The notes under the pieces are model-generated. The model was not told the origin of the DNA, did no database searches, and saw only the letters and a list, made by a program, of their open reading frames with translations. Both the position numbers and the translations under genes were made by a program. Positions 30,852 through 42,600 of a stretch of DNA of 64,000 bases are shown here, in pieces (the first letter of the stretch is position 1; each line of letters begins with the position of its first letter). This stretch comes from the human T2T-CHM13v2.0 reference genome, Homo sapiens, in the NCBI RefSeq assembly GCF_009914755.1, contig NC_060945.1, one strand, 5' to 3'.

Positions 30852-31867
30852 TTACATTTTGGCATGATTTTGCAGCGGCTGGTACCAGTTGTTCCTTTCC
30901 ATGTTTAGCGCTTCCTTCAGGAGCTCTTTTAGGGCAGGCCTGCTGGTCACAAAATCTCTCAGCATTTGCTGGTCTGTAAAGTATTTTATTTCTCCTTTAC
31001 TTATGAAGCTTAGTTTGGCTGGATATGAAATTCTGGGTTGAAAATTATTTTCTTTAAGAATGTTGAATATTGGCCCCCACTCTCTTCTGGCTTGTAGGGT
31101 TTCTGCCGAGAGATCCGCTGTTAGTCTGATGGGCTTCCCTTTGAGGGTAACCCGACCTTTCTCTCTGGCTGCCCTTAACATTTTTTCCTTCATTTCAACT
31201 TTGGTGAATCTGACAATTATGTGTCTTGGAGATGCTCTTCTTGAGGAGTATCTTTTTGGCGTTCTCTGTATTTCATGAATTTGAACGTTGGCCTGCCTTG
31301 CTAGATTGGGGAAGTTCTTCTGGATAATATCCTGCAGAGTGTTTTCCAACTTGGTCCATTCTCCGCATCACTTTCAGGTACACCAATCAGACGTAGATTT
31401 GGTCTTTTCACATAGTCCCATATTTCTTGGAGGCTTTGCTCATTTCTTTTTATCCTTTTTTCTCTAAACTTCCCTTCTCACTTCATTTCATTCATTTCAT
31501 CTTCCATTGCTGATGCCCTTTCTTCCAGTTGATCGCATCGGCTCCTGAGGCTTCTGCATTCTTCACGTAGTTCTCGAGCCTTGGTTTTCAGCTCCATCAG
31601 CTCCTTTAAGCACTTCTCTGTATTGGTTATTCTAGTTATACACTCTTCTAAATTTTTTTCAAAGTTTTCAACTTCTTTGCCTTTGGTTTGAATGTCCTCC
31701 CATAGCTCAGAGTAATTTGATCGTCTGAAGCCTTCTTCTCTCAGCTCATCAAAGTCATTCTCCATCCAGCTTTGTTCCGTTGCTGGTGAGGAACTGCGTT
31801 CCTTTGGAGGAGGAGAGGCGCTCTGCATTTGAGAGTTTCCCGTTTTTCTGTTCTGTTTTTTCCCCAT
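30852..31867 (-). pseudogene. L1 ORF1, disrupted
   Basis: Starts MGKKQNRKTGNS. There is a CGA>TGA stop at 31478 after EMNEMK and a 1-bp deletion near 31355 (span 1016 bp versus 1017 bp in the first L1). The C-terminus reads QNHAKM. Confidence 0.95.
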
Positions 31868-32322
31868 CTTTGTGGTTTTATCTACTTTTGGTCTTTGATG
31901 ATGGTGATGTACAGATGGGTTTTCGGTGTGAATGTCCTTTCTCTTTGTTAGTTTTCCTTCTAACAGACAGGACCCTCAGCTGCAGGTCTGTTGGAATACC
32001 CTGCCGTGTGTGGTGTCAGTGTGCCCCTGCGGGGGGGTGACTCCCAGTTAGGCTGCTCGGGGTTCAGGGGTCAGGGACCCACTTGAGGAGGCAGTCTGCT
32101 GGTTCTCAGATCTCCAGCTGCGTGCTGGGAGAACCACTGCTCTCTTCAAAGCTGTCAGACAGGGACATTTAAGTCTGCAGAGGTTACTGCTGTCTTTTTG
32201 TTTGTCTGTGCCCTGCCCCCAGAGGTGGAGCCTACAGAGGCAGGCAGGCCTCCTTGAGCTGTGGTGGGCTCCACCCAGTTCGAGCTTCCCAGCTGCTTTG
32301 TTTACCTAAGCAAGCCTGGGCA

Positions 32323-32538
32323 ATGGCGGGCGCCCCTACCCCAGCCTCGCTGCCGCCTTGCAGTTTGATCTCAGACTGCTGTGCTAGCAATCGGCGAGAT
32401 TCTGTGGGCGTAGGACCCTCTGAGCCAGGTGTGGGATATAGTCTCGTGGTGCGCCGTTTTTTAAGCCGGTCTGAAAAGCGCAATATTCGGGTGGGAGTGA
32501 CCCGATTTTCCAGGTGCGTCCGTCACCCCTTTCTTTGA
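32323..32538 (+). CDS. ORF0: L1 antisense ORF0, intact, 71 aa
   Basis: The ATG is in the context GCAATGG. The ORF is 216 bp and reads MAGAPTPASLPPCSLISDCCASNRRDSVGVGPSEPGVGYSLVVRRFLSRSEKRNIRVGVTRFSRCVRHPFL* (the C-terminal part of track ORF 32254-32538). Splice donors are CAG|GTGTGG at 32428/9 (nt 106) and CAG|GTGCGT at 32513/4 (nt 191). Expression is unknown. Confidence 0.8.
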   Translation: MAGAPTPASLPPCSLISDCCASNRRDSVGVGPSEPGVGYSLVVRRFLSRSEKRNIRVGVTRFSRCVRHPFL

Positions 32539-32754
32539 CTCGGAAAGGGAACTCCCTGACCCCTTGCACTTGCCGAGTGAGGCAGTGCCTCACCCTGCTT
32601 CGGCTCATGAACTGTGCACTGCACCCACTGTCCTGCATCTGCTGTCTGGCACTCCCTAGTGAGATGAACCCAGTACCTCAGATGGAAATGCAGAAATCAC
32701 CCGTCTTCTGCGTCTCTCACGCTGGGAGCTGTAGACTGGAGCTGTTCCTATTCA

Positions 32755-32763
32755 GCCATCTTG
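32755..32763 (-). promoter_or_regulatory. YY1 site at the L1 5' end (CAAGATGGC), flanking base altered by CpG decay
   Basis: The plus strand reads GCCATCTTG. The minus-strand context is CCAAGATGGCTGAATAGG versus the usual CCAAGATGGCCGAATAGG. Confidence 0.7.
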
Positions 32764-32773
32764 GCTCCTCCTC

Positions 32774-32786
32774 CAGTGTAGTTTTT
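32774..32786. repeat. L1 target-site duplication, right copy; endonuclease nick site TTTTT/AT
   Basis: CAGTGTAGTTTTT is followed by ATTTGAAG, which resembles the L1 EN consensus TTTT/AA. Confidence 0.92.
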
Positions 32787-33680
32787 ATTTGAAGAAGATA
32801 TTTCCTTTTCCACAACAGGCCTCAAAGCTCTCCAAATATCCACTTGCTGGTTCTGCAAAAAGAGTGCTTCAGAACTGCTCAATAAAAATAAAGGTTCAAC
32901 TCTGTGTGATGAATGCACTCATCACAAACAAGTTTCTCAGAATGCTTCCACGTAGTTTTAATGTGAAGGTATTTCCTTTTCCACAATAGGCCCCACACTC
33001 TACAAATATCCACTAGGTCATTCTTCAAAAAGGATGTTTCAAAACTGCTCAATAAAAAAAAAGGTTCAACTCCGTGTGAGGAATGTATTCATCACAAAGA
33101 AGTTTCTCTGAATGCTTCTGTGTAGTTTTTATATGAAGATATTTCCTTTTACACAATAGGGCACAAAGGGCTCCAAATATCCCCTTACAGATTCTACAAA
33201 AAGAGAGATTCAAAACTGCTCAGTCAAAAGATAGGTTCATCTCTGTGAGTTGAATGCACACATCACAATGAAGTTTCTCAGAATGCTTCTGGGATAGTTT
33301 TTATTTGAGGATATTTCCTTTTACACAATAGGCCTCAAAACTCTCCAAATATCCAATTGGTCTTTCTGCAAAAAGGGTGTTTCAAAACTGCTCAATAAAA
33401 AGAAAGGTTCAACTCTGTGTGAGGAATGCATTCATCACAAAGAAGTTTCTCTGAATGGTTCTGTGTAGTTTTTATTTGAAGATATTTCCTATTCCACCAT
33501 AGGGCACAAAGGGCTCAAAATATCCACTTGCAGATTCTACAAAAAGAGAGATTCAAAAGTGCTCAGTGACAAGATAAGTTCAACTCTGTGAGTTGAATGC
33601 ACAACTCATGAAGAAGTTTCTCAGAATGCTTCTGTGTAGTTTTTATGTGAAGATATTTCCTTTTCCAAAATAGGCCTCAA
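32774..33680 (-). repeat. Monomeric alpha satellite, second class, about 5 monomers, continuing past the L1
   Basis: Same diagnostic words as 23521-26747. It ends mid-monomer at ...AAAATAGGCCTCAA (33680). Confidence 0.95.
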
Positions 33681-36600
33681 CAGAATGGAATGGAATAGAA
33701 AGAATTGGAGTGGACTAGAATGGATGGACCCAAAGGGAATGGAATCGAATGCAATATAATTGAATGGATTAGAATCAACCAGAATCGAATGGAATCAAAT
33801 GGAATGTGGCAAACTGGATTGGAGCAAAGTGGAATGGAGTGGAATGGAATGGAGTGGAATGGAATAGAGTAGAGTGTATTGGAGTGGCGGCGAATGGAAT
33901 GGAATGGTAAGGAATGGAATTGAAAGGAGTGCAGTGGAGCGGAGTGGAGTGGAATGTAATGGAATGGATGGAATGGAGTGGAGTGGAGAGGAGAGGTGTG
34001 GAGGGGAGTGGAATGGAATAGAATGGAATTGAATAAAATGGACTCATATGAAATGAACTGGTATAGAATGGACTGGAATGGAAAGGACTTAAATGGAATG
34101 CACTCAAATAGAATGGACGCTAATGGAATGGAATCAAATATAATGGAATGGAATGGAATCGAATGGAATGGAATGGCTTCGAATGGAATGAGATCAAATG
34201 GAATAGTAGCGAATGGAATCGCATGGAATGGAATTGAATGGAATGGAATGAAATGGCATCGAATGGAATCGAATGGAATGCAGTGAATTGGAGAGGAGTG
34301 AAGTGGAATGGAGTGGAATAGAATAGGGTGGAATGGAATTGAATGTAATGGAGAGGAGTGGAGTGGAATGGAGTGGAATGAAATGGAATGGGAAGGAATG
34401 GTATTGAACGGAGGGGACTGGAGTAGAGTGGAGTGGAATGGAATGCAATGGAATGGAATGGAATGGAATGGAATGCAATTGAGTAAAATGGAATGGAAAA
34501 GATAGGAACGGAATGGTCTGGAGTGGGTTAGGATGGTGTGGAGTGAAGTGGAATGGAATGGAGTGGAATGGAATGGAATGGAGTGGAGTAGAGTGGAAAG
34601 GAGTGGAGTGGAGTGGAATGGAATAGAATGCAATGGAATGGAAAGGTATGGACTCTAATGGAATGAAGTGGGATGGAGTGGACTCGAATAGAATGGACTG
34701 GAATGGAACAGACATGAATGGAATGGACTCGAATGGAATGGAATCAAACATAATGTAATGGAATGGAATCGAATCAAATAGAATGGAATGGAATCATATG
34801 GAAGTGAATAAAATTTAATGTGATGTAATGAAAAGGAATAGAATGGAAAGGAATCAAATCGAAAGTGATTGAATGGAATAGAATCGAATGGAATGGAATC
34901 GAATTGAATGGAATCGAATGTCATCAAATGAAATCAAAAGGAATATGGTAAAGTGGAGAGGAGGGGAGTGGAATGGAGTTGAAGGGAATTTGGTGGAATG
35001 GAATTGAATGTGGTGGTGTGGAGTGGAGTGGAATGGAGTGGAATGTAATGGAATGGGAAGGATAGGAACTGAATGGAGTGGAGTGGAGTGGAGTGGAGTG
35101 GAATGGATTGCAATGGAATGGAATGGATAGTAAAGGAATGGACACGAATGGAATGGAAGGGACTTGAATGGAATGGACTGGAATAGAATGGACTGGAATG
35201 GAATGGACACGAATGGAATGGACTGGAATGGAATGGACTGGACTGGAATGGAATGGACACGAATGGAATGGACTGGAATGGAATGGACTCGAACGGAATG
35301 GAATCGAACAGAGTGGAATAGAATGCAATGAAATAGAATGCAATGGAATCGGATGAAATGGAATCAATCGGAATGGAATCGAATGACATCAAATGGAATT
35401 GAATGGAATGTGGTATAGTGGAGTGCAGTGGAGTGGAATGGAGTTGAATGGAATGCGGGTAATGTAATTGAATGTAGTGGAGTAGAGTGGAATAGAGTGG
35501 AATGGAAAGGAATGGGAAGTAACGAAATTGAATCGAGTGGAGTGGACTGGACTGGAGTTAAATGCAATGGAGTGGAATGGAATGGAGGAGAGTGGAGTGG
35601 AATGGAGTGGAATGGAGTGGAGTGGAGTGGAGTGCAACGGAAAGGCATGGAATGGAATGGAATGGAATGGAATGTACTCAAATGGAATGGAATAAAGTGG
35701 AATGGAATAGAATGTAATGGAATCGAATTGAATGTAATGGAATGGAATAGAATGGAATGGAATAGAATGGAATGGAATGAAATCAAATGGAATTTGGTGA
35801 ATTGGAGTGGAGTGGATTGGAAAGGAGAGGAATGGAATGTGTGGAATGGAATTGAATAGAGTGGAGTGGAGTGGAGTGGAATGGAGTTGAATGGTATGGA
35901 ATGAGAAGGAATGGAATTGAACGTAGTGGATTGGAGTGGAAAGCAATAGAATGGAATTGAATGGAGTGGAGTGGAGTGCCGAGGAGTAGAGTGGAATGCA
36001 ATGGAATGGAATGGAATTGAGTGGAAAGGAAAGGAATGGAATGGAATTTAGTGGAGTGGAATGGAATGGAATGGAATGGAAAGGAATGGAATGGAATGGA
36101 ATCGAATAGAATGTAATAGAATGGAATTGAATCAAATCAAATGGAATCGAATGGAATTCGGTGAAGTGAAGTGCAGTGGAGTGGAAAGGATGGGAATGCA
36201 GTGGGGTGGAATGGATTTGAATGGATTGTAGTGGACTGGTGTAGAATGGAAGGGAATTGAATGGAATGGGAGGGAATGGAATTGAACGGTGTGGAGTGGA
36301 TTGGAGTGGAGTGGAAAGTAGCAGAATGCAGTAGAGTGGTGTGTAATGTAAATGAATGCAATGGAGTGGAGTGGAGTGGAATGTCGTGGAATGGAGTGGA
36401 GTAGAAAGGAATGGAATGGAATGGAATGGAATGGAATGGAATGGAATGGAACGGAATGGAATTCAATGGAATGGGACAGAATGGAATTGAACAAAGTGGA
36501 GTGTAGTGGAGTGGAGCAGAGTGGAATGCAAAGTAATAGAATGTAATGGAATGGAATGGAATGGAATGGAATGCAATAAATTGGAATGGACTTGAATGGA

Positions 36601-39600
36601 ATGGAAACGAATGGAATGGAATCAAATGGAATGGAACCGAATGGGATGGAATCAAATGGAATGGAATTGAATGGAATGGCATCGAATGGAATGGAATCGA
36701 ATGGAAAGGAATTGAATGGAATGGTATTGAATGGAATGGAAAGAAATGGAATGGAATGGAAACAAACGGTATGGTATCGAATGTAATGGAATCGAATGGC
36801 ACCAAATGGAATTGAAAGGAATGCGGTGAAGTGGAGTAAAGTGGGTTGAAATGGAGTGGAATGGAATGTGGAGGAATGGAATTGAATGGAGTGGAGTCGA
36901 GTTGAGGGGAATGAAGTGGAATGGAAAGGAATAGGAATGATTGGAATTGAAAGGAGTGGAGTGGAGTGGAATGCAATGGAATGGAATTGAGTGAAGTGGA
37001 GTCTAGTGAAGTGGAGTGTATTGGGATGGACAGGAGTGGAGTGGAGTGGAGTGCAATGGAATGGAATGAAATGGAATGGACTTGAATGGAATGGACTGGA
37101 GGGGAATGGACTGGAATGGAATAGAATCGAATGGAATGGACTCAAATGGATTGGAATCGAATGGAATGGAACGGAGTAGAATGGAATGGAACGGAATAGA
37201 GTGGAATAGAACAGAATGGATTCGAATGGAATGGACACGAATGGAATGGAATGGAATGGAATGGAATGGAATGGAATGGAATGGAATGGAATGCAATGGA
37301 ATGCAATGGAAAGGAATCGAATGGAATGGAATTGATTGGAATGTAATTGAATGGAATCAAATCCAATGGCATTGAATGGAATAGAATGGAATGCAGTGAA
37401 GTCAACTGGAGTGGAGTGGAATACAGTGGAATGGAATTGAATGGATTGGAGTGGAGTGGATTGGCATGGAGTGGAATGGAATGGAATGGGAAGAAATGGA
37501 ATTGAATGGAGTGGAGAGGATTGGAGAGGAGTGGAATGCAATGCAATGGAAAGGAATGGAATGAAGTGGAGTGCAGTGGACTACACTGGAGTGGAGTTGA
37601 ATTGAATGAAGTGGAGTGGAGTGGAATGGAATGGTGTGAAGTGGAATGGAATGGAATGGAATGGAATGAACTGGAATGGAATGGACTGGAATTGAATGGA
37701 CTCGAATGGAATGGACTGGAATGGAATGGACTCAACTGGAATGGTCTGGAATGTAATGGACTCAAATGGAGTGGAATCGGATGGAATGGAATCAAATGAA
37801 AAGGAATCGAATGGAATGGCATCGAATGCAATGGAATCAAATGGCAAAGAATGGCATCAAATGGGAACGAATAGAATGCGGTGAGGCAGAGTGGAGTGGA
37901 ATTGAGTGGAGTGGAATTGAGTGGAATGGAATGGGTTCGAACGGAACTGAATGGAGTAGCTTGGAATGTAGTGGAATAGAGTGGAATGGAATAGAATGGG
38001 AAGGAATGGTATTGAAAGGAGTGGAGTGGAGTGGAATGGAGTAGAAAGGAATGCAATGGAATGGAATGGAGTGGAGTGGAGTGGAGTGGAATGGAGATGA
38101 GTGGAGTGGAATGGAAGGGAATGGAATGGAAGGGAATGGAATGGTAAGGAATGGAGTGTAGCGGAGTGAAATGGAATGCAATGTAATAGAATGGAATACA
38201 ATGGAATGGAATGGAATGGAATGAACTTGAAAGAAACGGAGTGGGATGGAATGGAATGGAATGGAATGGGCTTGAATGAAATGGGCTCGAATGGAAGGGA
38301 TTCGAATGGAATGGAACCAAAAGGAATGAAATCAAATGGAATGGAATTGAATGCAATGTAATCAAATGGCATTGAAAGGAATTGAATGGACTTAGTGAAT
38401 GGGAGTTAAAGGGAGTGGAATGGAAAGACGTGGAAAGGGATGTAATGGAGTGAAGTGGAGTGGAGTGCATTGGAGTGGAACAGAATGGAATGGACAGGAG
38501 TAGATTTGAGTGGAGTGGAGAGGAATGCAGTGGAATGGAACAGAAAGGAATGGAATGGAGTGGAGTGAAGTGGAACAAAATGGAATGGAATGGAATGGAA
38601 AGCAGGGACATGTAATGGATTGGATTGGAATGGCCTGGAATGGAATGGAGTCAAGTGGAATGGACTTGAATGGCACGTACTCGAATTCAGTGGACTCCAA
38701 AGGAATGGACTCAAATGGAATGGACTGGAAGGGAATATATATGAATTGAATGGACTCGAATGGAATAGAGTGGAATGGAATGAAATCAAATGGAGTGGAA
38801 TCAGAAGGAATGGAATCGGATGGAAAGGAATGTAATGGAATGAAATGGAATTTGGAATGGAATGGAATGGAATGGAATGGAATGGAATGGAATGGAATGG
38901 AATCGAATGGAATGGAATCAAATGCAATGGAATAGAATGGCAACAAATGGCATTGAATGGGATCGAACAGAGTGCGGTGAGCTGGAGTGGAGTGGAATGG
39001 AATTGAGTGGAATGGAATGGGTTGGAACAAAACTGAATGGAGTAGCTTGGATTCTAGTGGAATGGAGTGGAATGGAATGGAATGGGGAAGAAGGGAATTG
39101 AACGGAGTGGAGTGGAGTGGAATGGAGTGGAATGGAATGCAATGGAATGGAATGGAGTGGAATGGAGTGGAGTGGAGCAGAGCAGAGAGGAGTGGAGTGG
39201 AGTGAAGTGGAGTGGAGTTGAGTGGAGTGGAATGGAACGGAATGGAATGGAAGCGAATGGAATGGTATGGAAAGGAGTGTAGTGGAGTGGAACGGAATGG
39301 AGTCATGTGGAGTGGAATGGAATGCAATGGAATAGAAAGGAATAAAATGGAATGGACTCGAATAGAATGGACTTGGTTGAAACGGAGTGGGATGGAATGG
39401 ACTGGAATGGAATGGGCTTGAATGGAAAGGGATCGAATGGAATGGATTCAAATGAAATAGAATCGAACGGAATGAAATCGAATGGAATGGAATTGAATGC
39501 AATATAATCGATTGACATCTAATGGAATCAAATGGACTTAGTCGAGTTAATTGGAGTGGAAAAGAGTGCAATGGAATGGGGTGGAAAGGAATTTAATGGA

Positions 39601-42600
39601 GTGAATTGGAGTGGAGTGGAATGGAGTGGAATGGAATGGAAGGGGAAGAATGGAATTGATTGGAGTAGAGTTGAGTAGAGTGGATTGGAGACGAATGCAG
39701 TAGAATGGAATGGAAAGGAATGGAGTGGAGTGGAGTAGAGTGGAAAGGATTGGAATGAAATGGAATGGAAAGCTGTAGCATTGAAAGGATTGGAATGGAA
39801 TGTACTGGAATGGAATGGAATCAAGTGGAATGGGCTCGAATGGCACGTACTCAAATTGAGAGGACTCGAAAGGAATGGACTCAAATGGAATGGAATCGAA
39901 TGTAATAGTCACGAATTGCATGGAAATGTATGGATAGGAATCGAATTGAAAGGCATCAAATGGAATGAAATCGAATGGAATGGAATCTAACGGATTGGAA
40001 TCAAATGGAATGGAATCTAATGGAATGGAATGTAACGGAATGGAATCGAGTGGAATATAATCGAATGGAATATAATAAAATGGCACCGAATGGAATCAAA
40101 CGGAATGCGGTGAAGTGGAGTGGAATGGAGTGGAATAGAGTGGAATGGAATGGTGTTCAATGGAATTGAATGGAGAGGAGTGGAGTAGAAGGCAGTGGAT
40201 TGGAATTAAATGGGAAGGAATGGAATTGAACAGAATGGAGTGGAGTGGAACGCAATGGAATGGAATGGAGTGTAGTGGACTGGAGTTGAGTGGAGTGGAG
40301 TAGAGTTGAATGGAAAGAAGTGGAATGGAATGGAATGAAGTGGAATGGAGTGGAGTGGATAAATTGCAATGGAATGCAATGCAGTGGAAAGGAATGGAGG
40401 GGATTGGAGTTGACTGGAGGGGAGTGGAATGGAATGGAGTCGAGTGGAATGGAATGGAGTGGATTGGAATGGAATGGAGGGGAATGGAATGGAATGGAAT
40501 GGAATGGAGTGGAGTGGAATAGAATGGAATGGAATGGAGTGGATTGGAATAGAATAGAATGGAATGGAGTGGAATGGAATGGGTTGGAAAGGAATGGAAT
40601 GGAACGGAATGGACAGGAGTGTAGAAAAGTGGAGTGGAGTGGAATTGAATGGAGTGGAGTGGAGTGGAATGGAATGGAATACTATGGAACGGACCGGAAG
40701 GGAATGGACCCGAATGGAATGGACTTGAATGGAATGGATTCGAATGCAATGGACTCGAATAGAAAGGAATTGAATTAAATGGAATCGAAAGGAATGGAAT
40801 CAAATGGTATCTAATATATAGGAATGGAATGTGGTGAAGTGGAGTGGAGTAGACTCGAATGGAGAGGAATGGAATGGTGTGGAATTGTATTGAATAAAGT
40901 GGAGTGCAGTGGAGTGGAATGGGGTGGAATGGAGTGGAATGGGAAGGAATGGAATCAGAAGGAAGGGAATGGAATGGAGTGGAGTGGATTGGAATGCAAT
41001 GGAATGGAATGGATTGGAGTGGAGTGGAGTGGAATGGAATGGAGTGGCATGGAATAGAATGGAATGGAATGGAAAGCACTGGAGTGGAGTGGAGTGGAAT
41101 GGAGTGGAATGGAAAGGAATGGGAAGGAATGGAATTGAATGGAGTGGAGTGGAGTGGAGTGCAATGGAATGGAATGGAATGAATTGCAGGGGATTGGAGT
41201 GGAGTGCAATGGAATGGAGTGGAGTGGAGTAGGTTGGAGTGGAGTGGAGTTTAATGGAATGGAATGGAGTGGAATGGAATGGAATGGTTTCGAATGGAAC
41301 TAAATTGAATGGTTTGGAAAAGAATGGGAAGGAATCAAATGGAATGGAATCGCATAGAATGGAATCAAATGTAACGCAATTGAATGGAACGGAATGAAAT
41401 GGAATTGAATTGAATGAAATGGAATCAAATCGAATGGAATGAAATGGCATCGAATTGAATCGAATGGAATGTGGTGAAGTGGAGTGGAGTGGAACGGAGT
41501 GGAATGGAATGGGGTGGAATGGAATTGAATGGAGTGGAGTGGAGTGGAAAGCAATGGAATGGAATGGAATGGAATGGTGTGGATTGAATTGGAGTGTAGT
41601 GGAGTGTATTGGAGTGGAATGGAGAGGAATGGAGGGGAAGGGAGTGGAATGGAATGCAGTCGAGTGGGATGGAATGGAATGGAGTGGAATGGAATGGATT
41701 GGAGAGGAAAGGAATGGCATAGAATGGAATGAGGTGGAAACGAATGGAATTTAAGGGAGTGTAGTGGAGTGGAGTTGAGAGGAATGCTATGGAATGGAAT
41801 GGAATGGAGTGGAGTGGAGAGGATTGGAGTGGACTGGAGTGGAATGGAGTGGAGTGGAGTGGAGAGGAGTGGAGTGGAATGACATGAAATAGAATGGAGG
41901 GCAGTGGAAAGGATTTGAAAGGAGTGGAGGGGAATGGAATTTAATTGAACGTGTTGAAGTGGAGTGGAGTGGAGTGGAATGCAATGGAATGGAATTGAAT
42001 GAGGTCGAGTGGAGTGGAGTAGAGTGGAATGGAATGGAAAGGAATGGATATGAATGGAATCGAATGGGATCTATTGGAATCGAATGGAATGCGGCAAAGT
42101 GGAGTGGAGTGGAATGGAGTGGAATGTAATTTGGTGGAATGAAATTGAATGGAGTGGAGTGGAGTGGATTGGAATGCAGTGGAATGGAATGGAATGGAAT
42201 AGAAAGGAATGGAGTGCAATTGAATCGAATGCAATGGAATGGAATGCAATGCAGTGCAGTGGAGTGCAGTTTAGTGGAGTGGAGTAGAATGGAGTGGAAT
42301 GGAATGGAATGAAATGGAGTGGAATGGAATGGAATGGAGTCAAATCGAATTGAATCGAATGGAATGGAATCAAACGGTATGGAATGGAACGGAATGGAGT
42401 CGAAAGGCATCAAATGGAATCGAATGGAATGCGATGAAGTGGATTGGAGTGGAGTGAAAGGCAGTGGAATGGAACTGAGTGGAGTGGAGTGGAATGGATT
42501 GAAATGGAATGGAATGGGAAGGAATGGAATTGAACGGACTGGAGTGGAAAGGAGAGGAATGCGATGAAATGGAATGGAATGGAATGTAGTAGAGGGGAGT

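Larger units (their letters stand above)
31868..32773. promoter_or_regulatory. Complete L1 5'UTR (~900 bp): internal sense promoter (fires leftward) and antisense promoter (fires rightward)
   Basis: Full-length UTR that is relatively CpG-rich at 32320-32600. It has SOX-type CTTTGTTT (~32296) and TTTTGTTTG (~32196) words and a RUNX-type TGTGGT (~32260). Bidirectional activity is established for the family but not shown for this copy. Confidence 0.75.
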
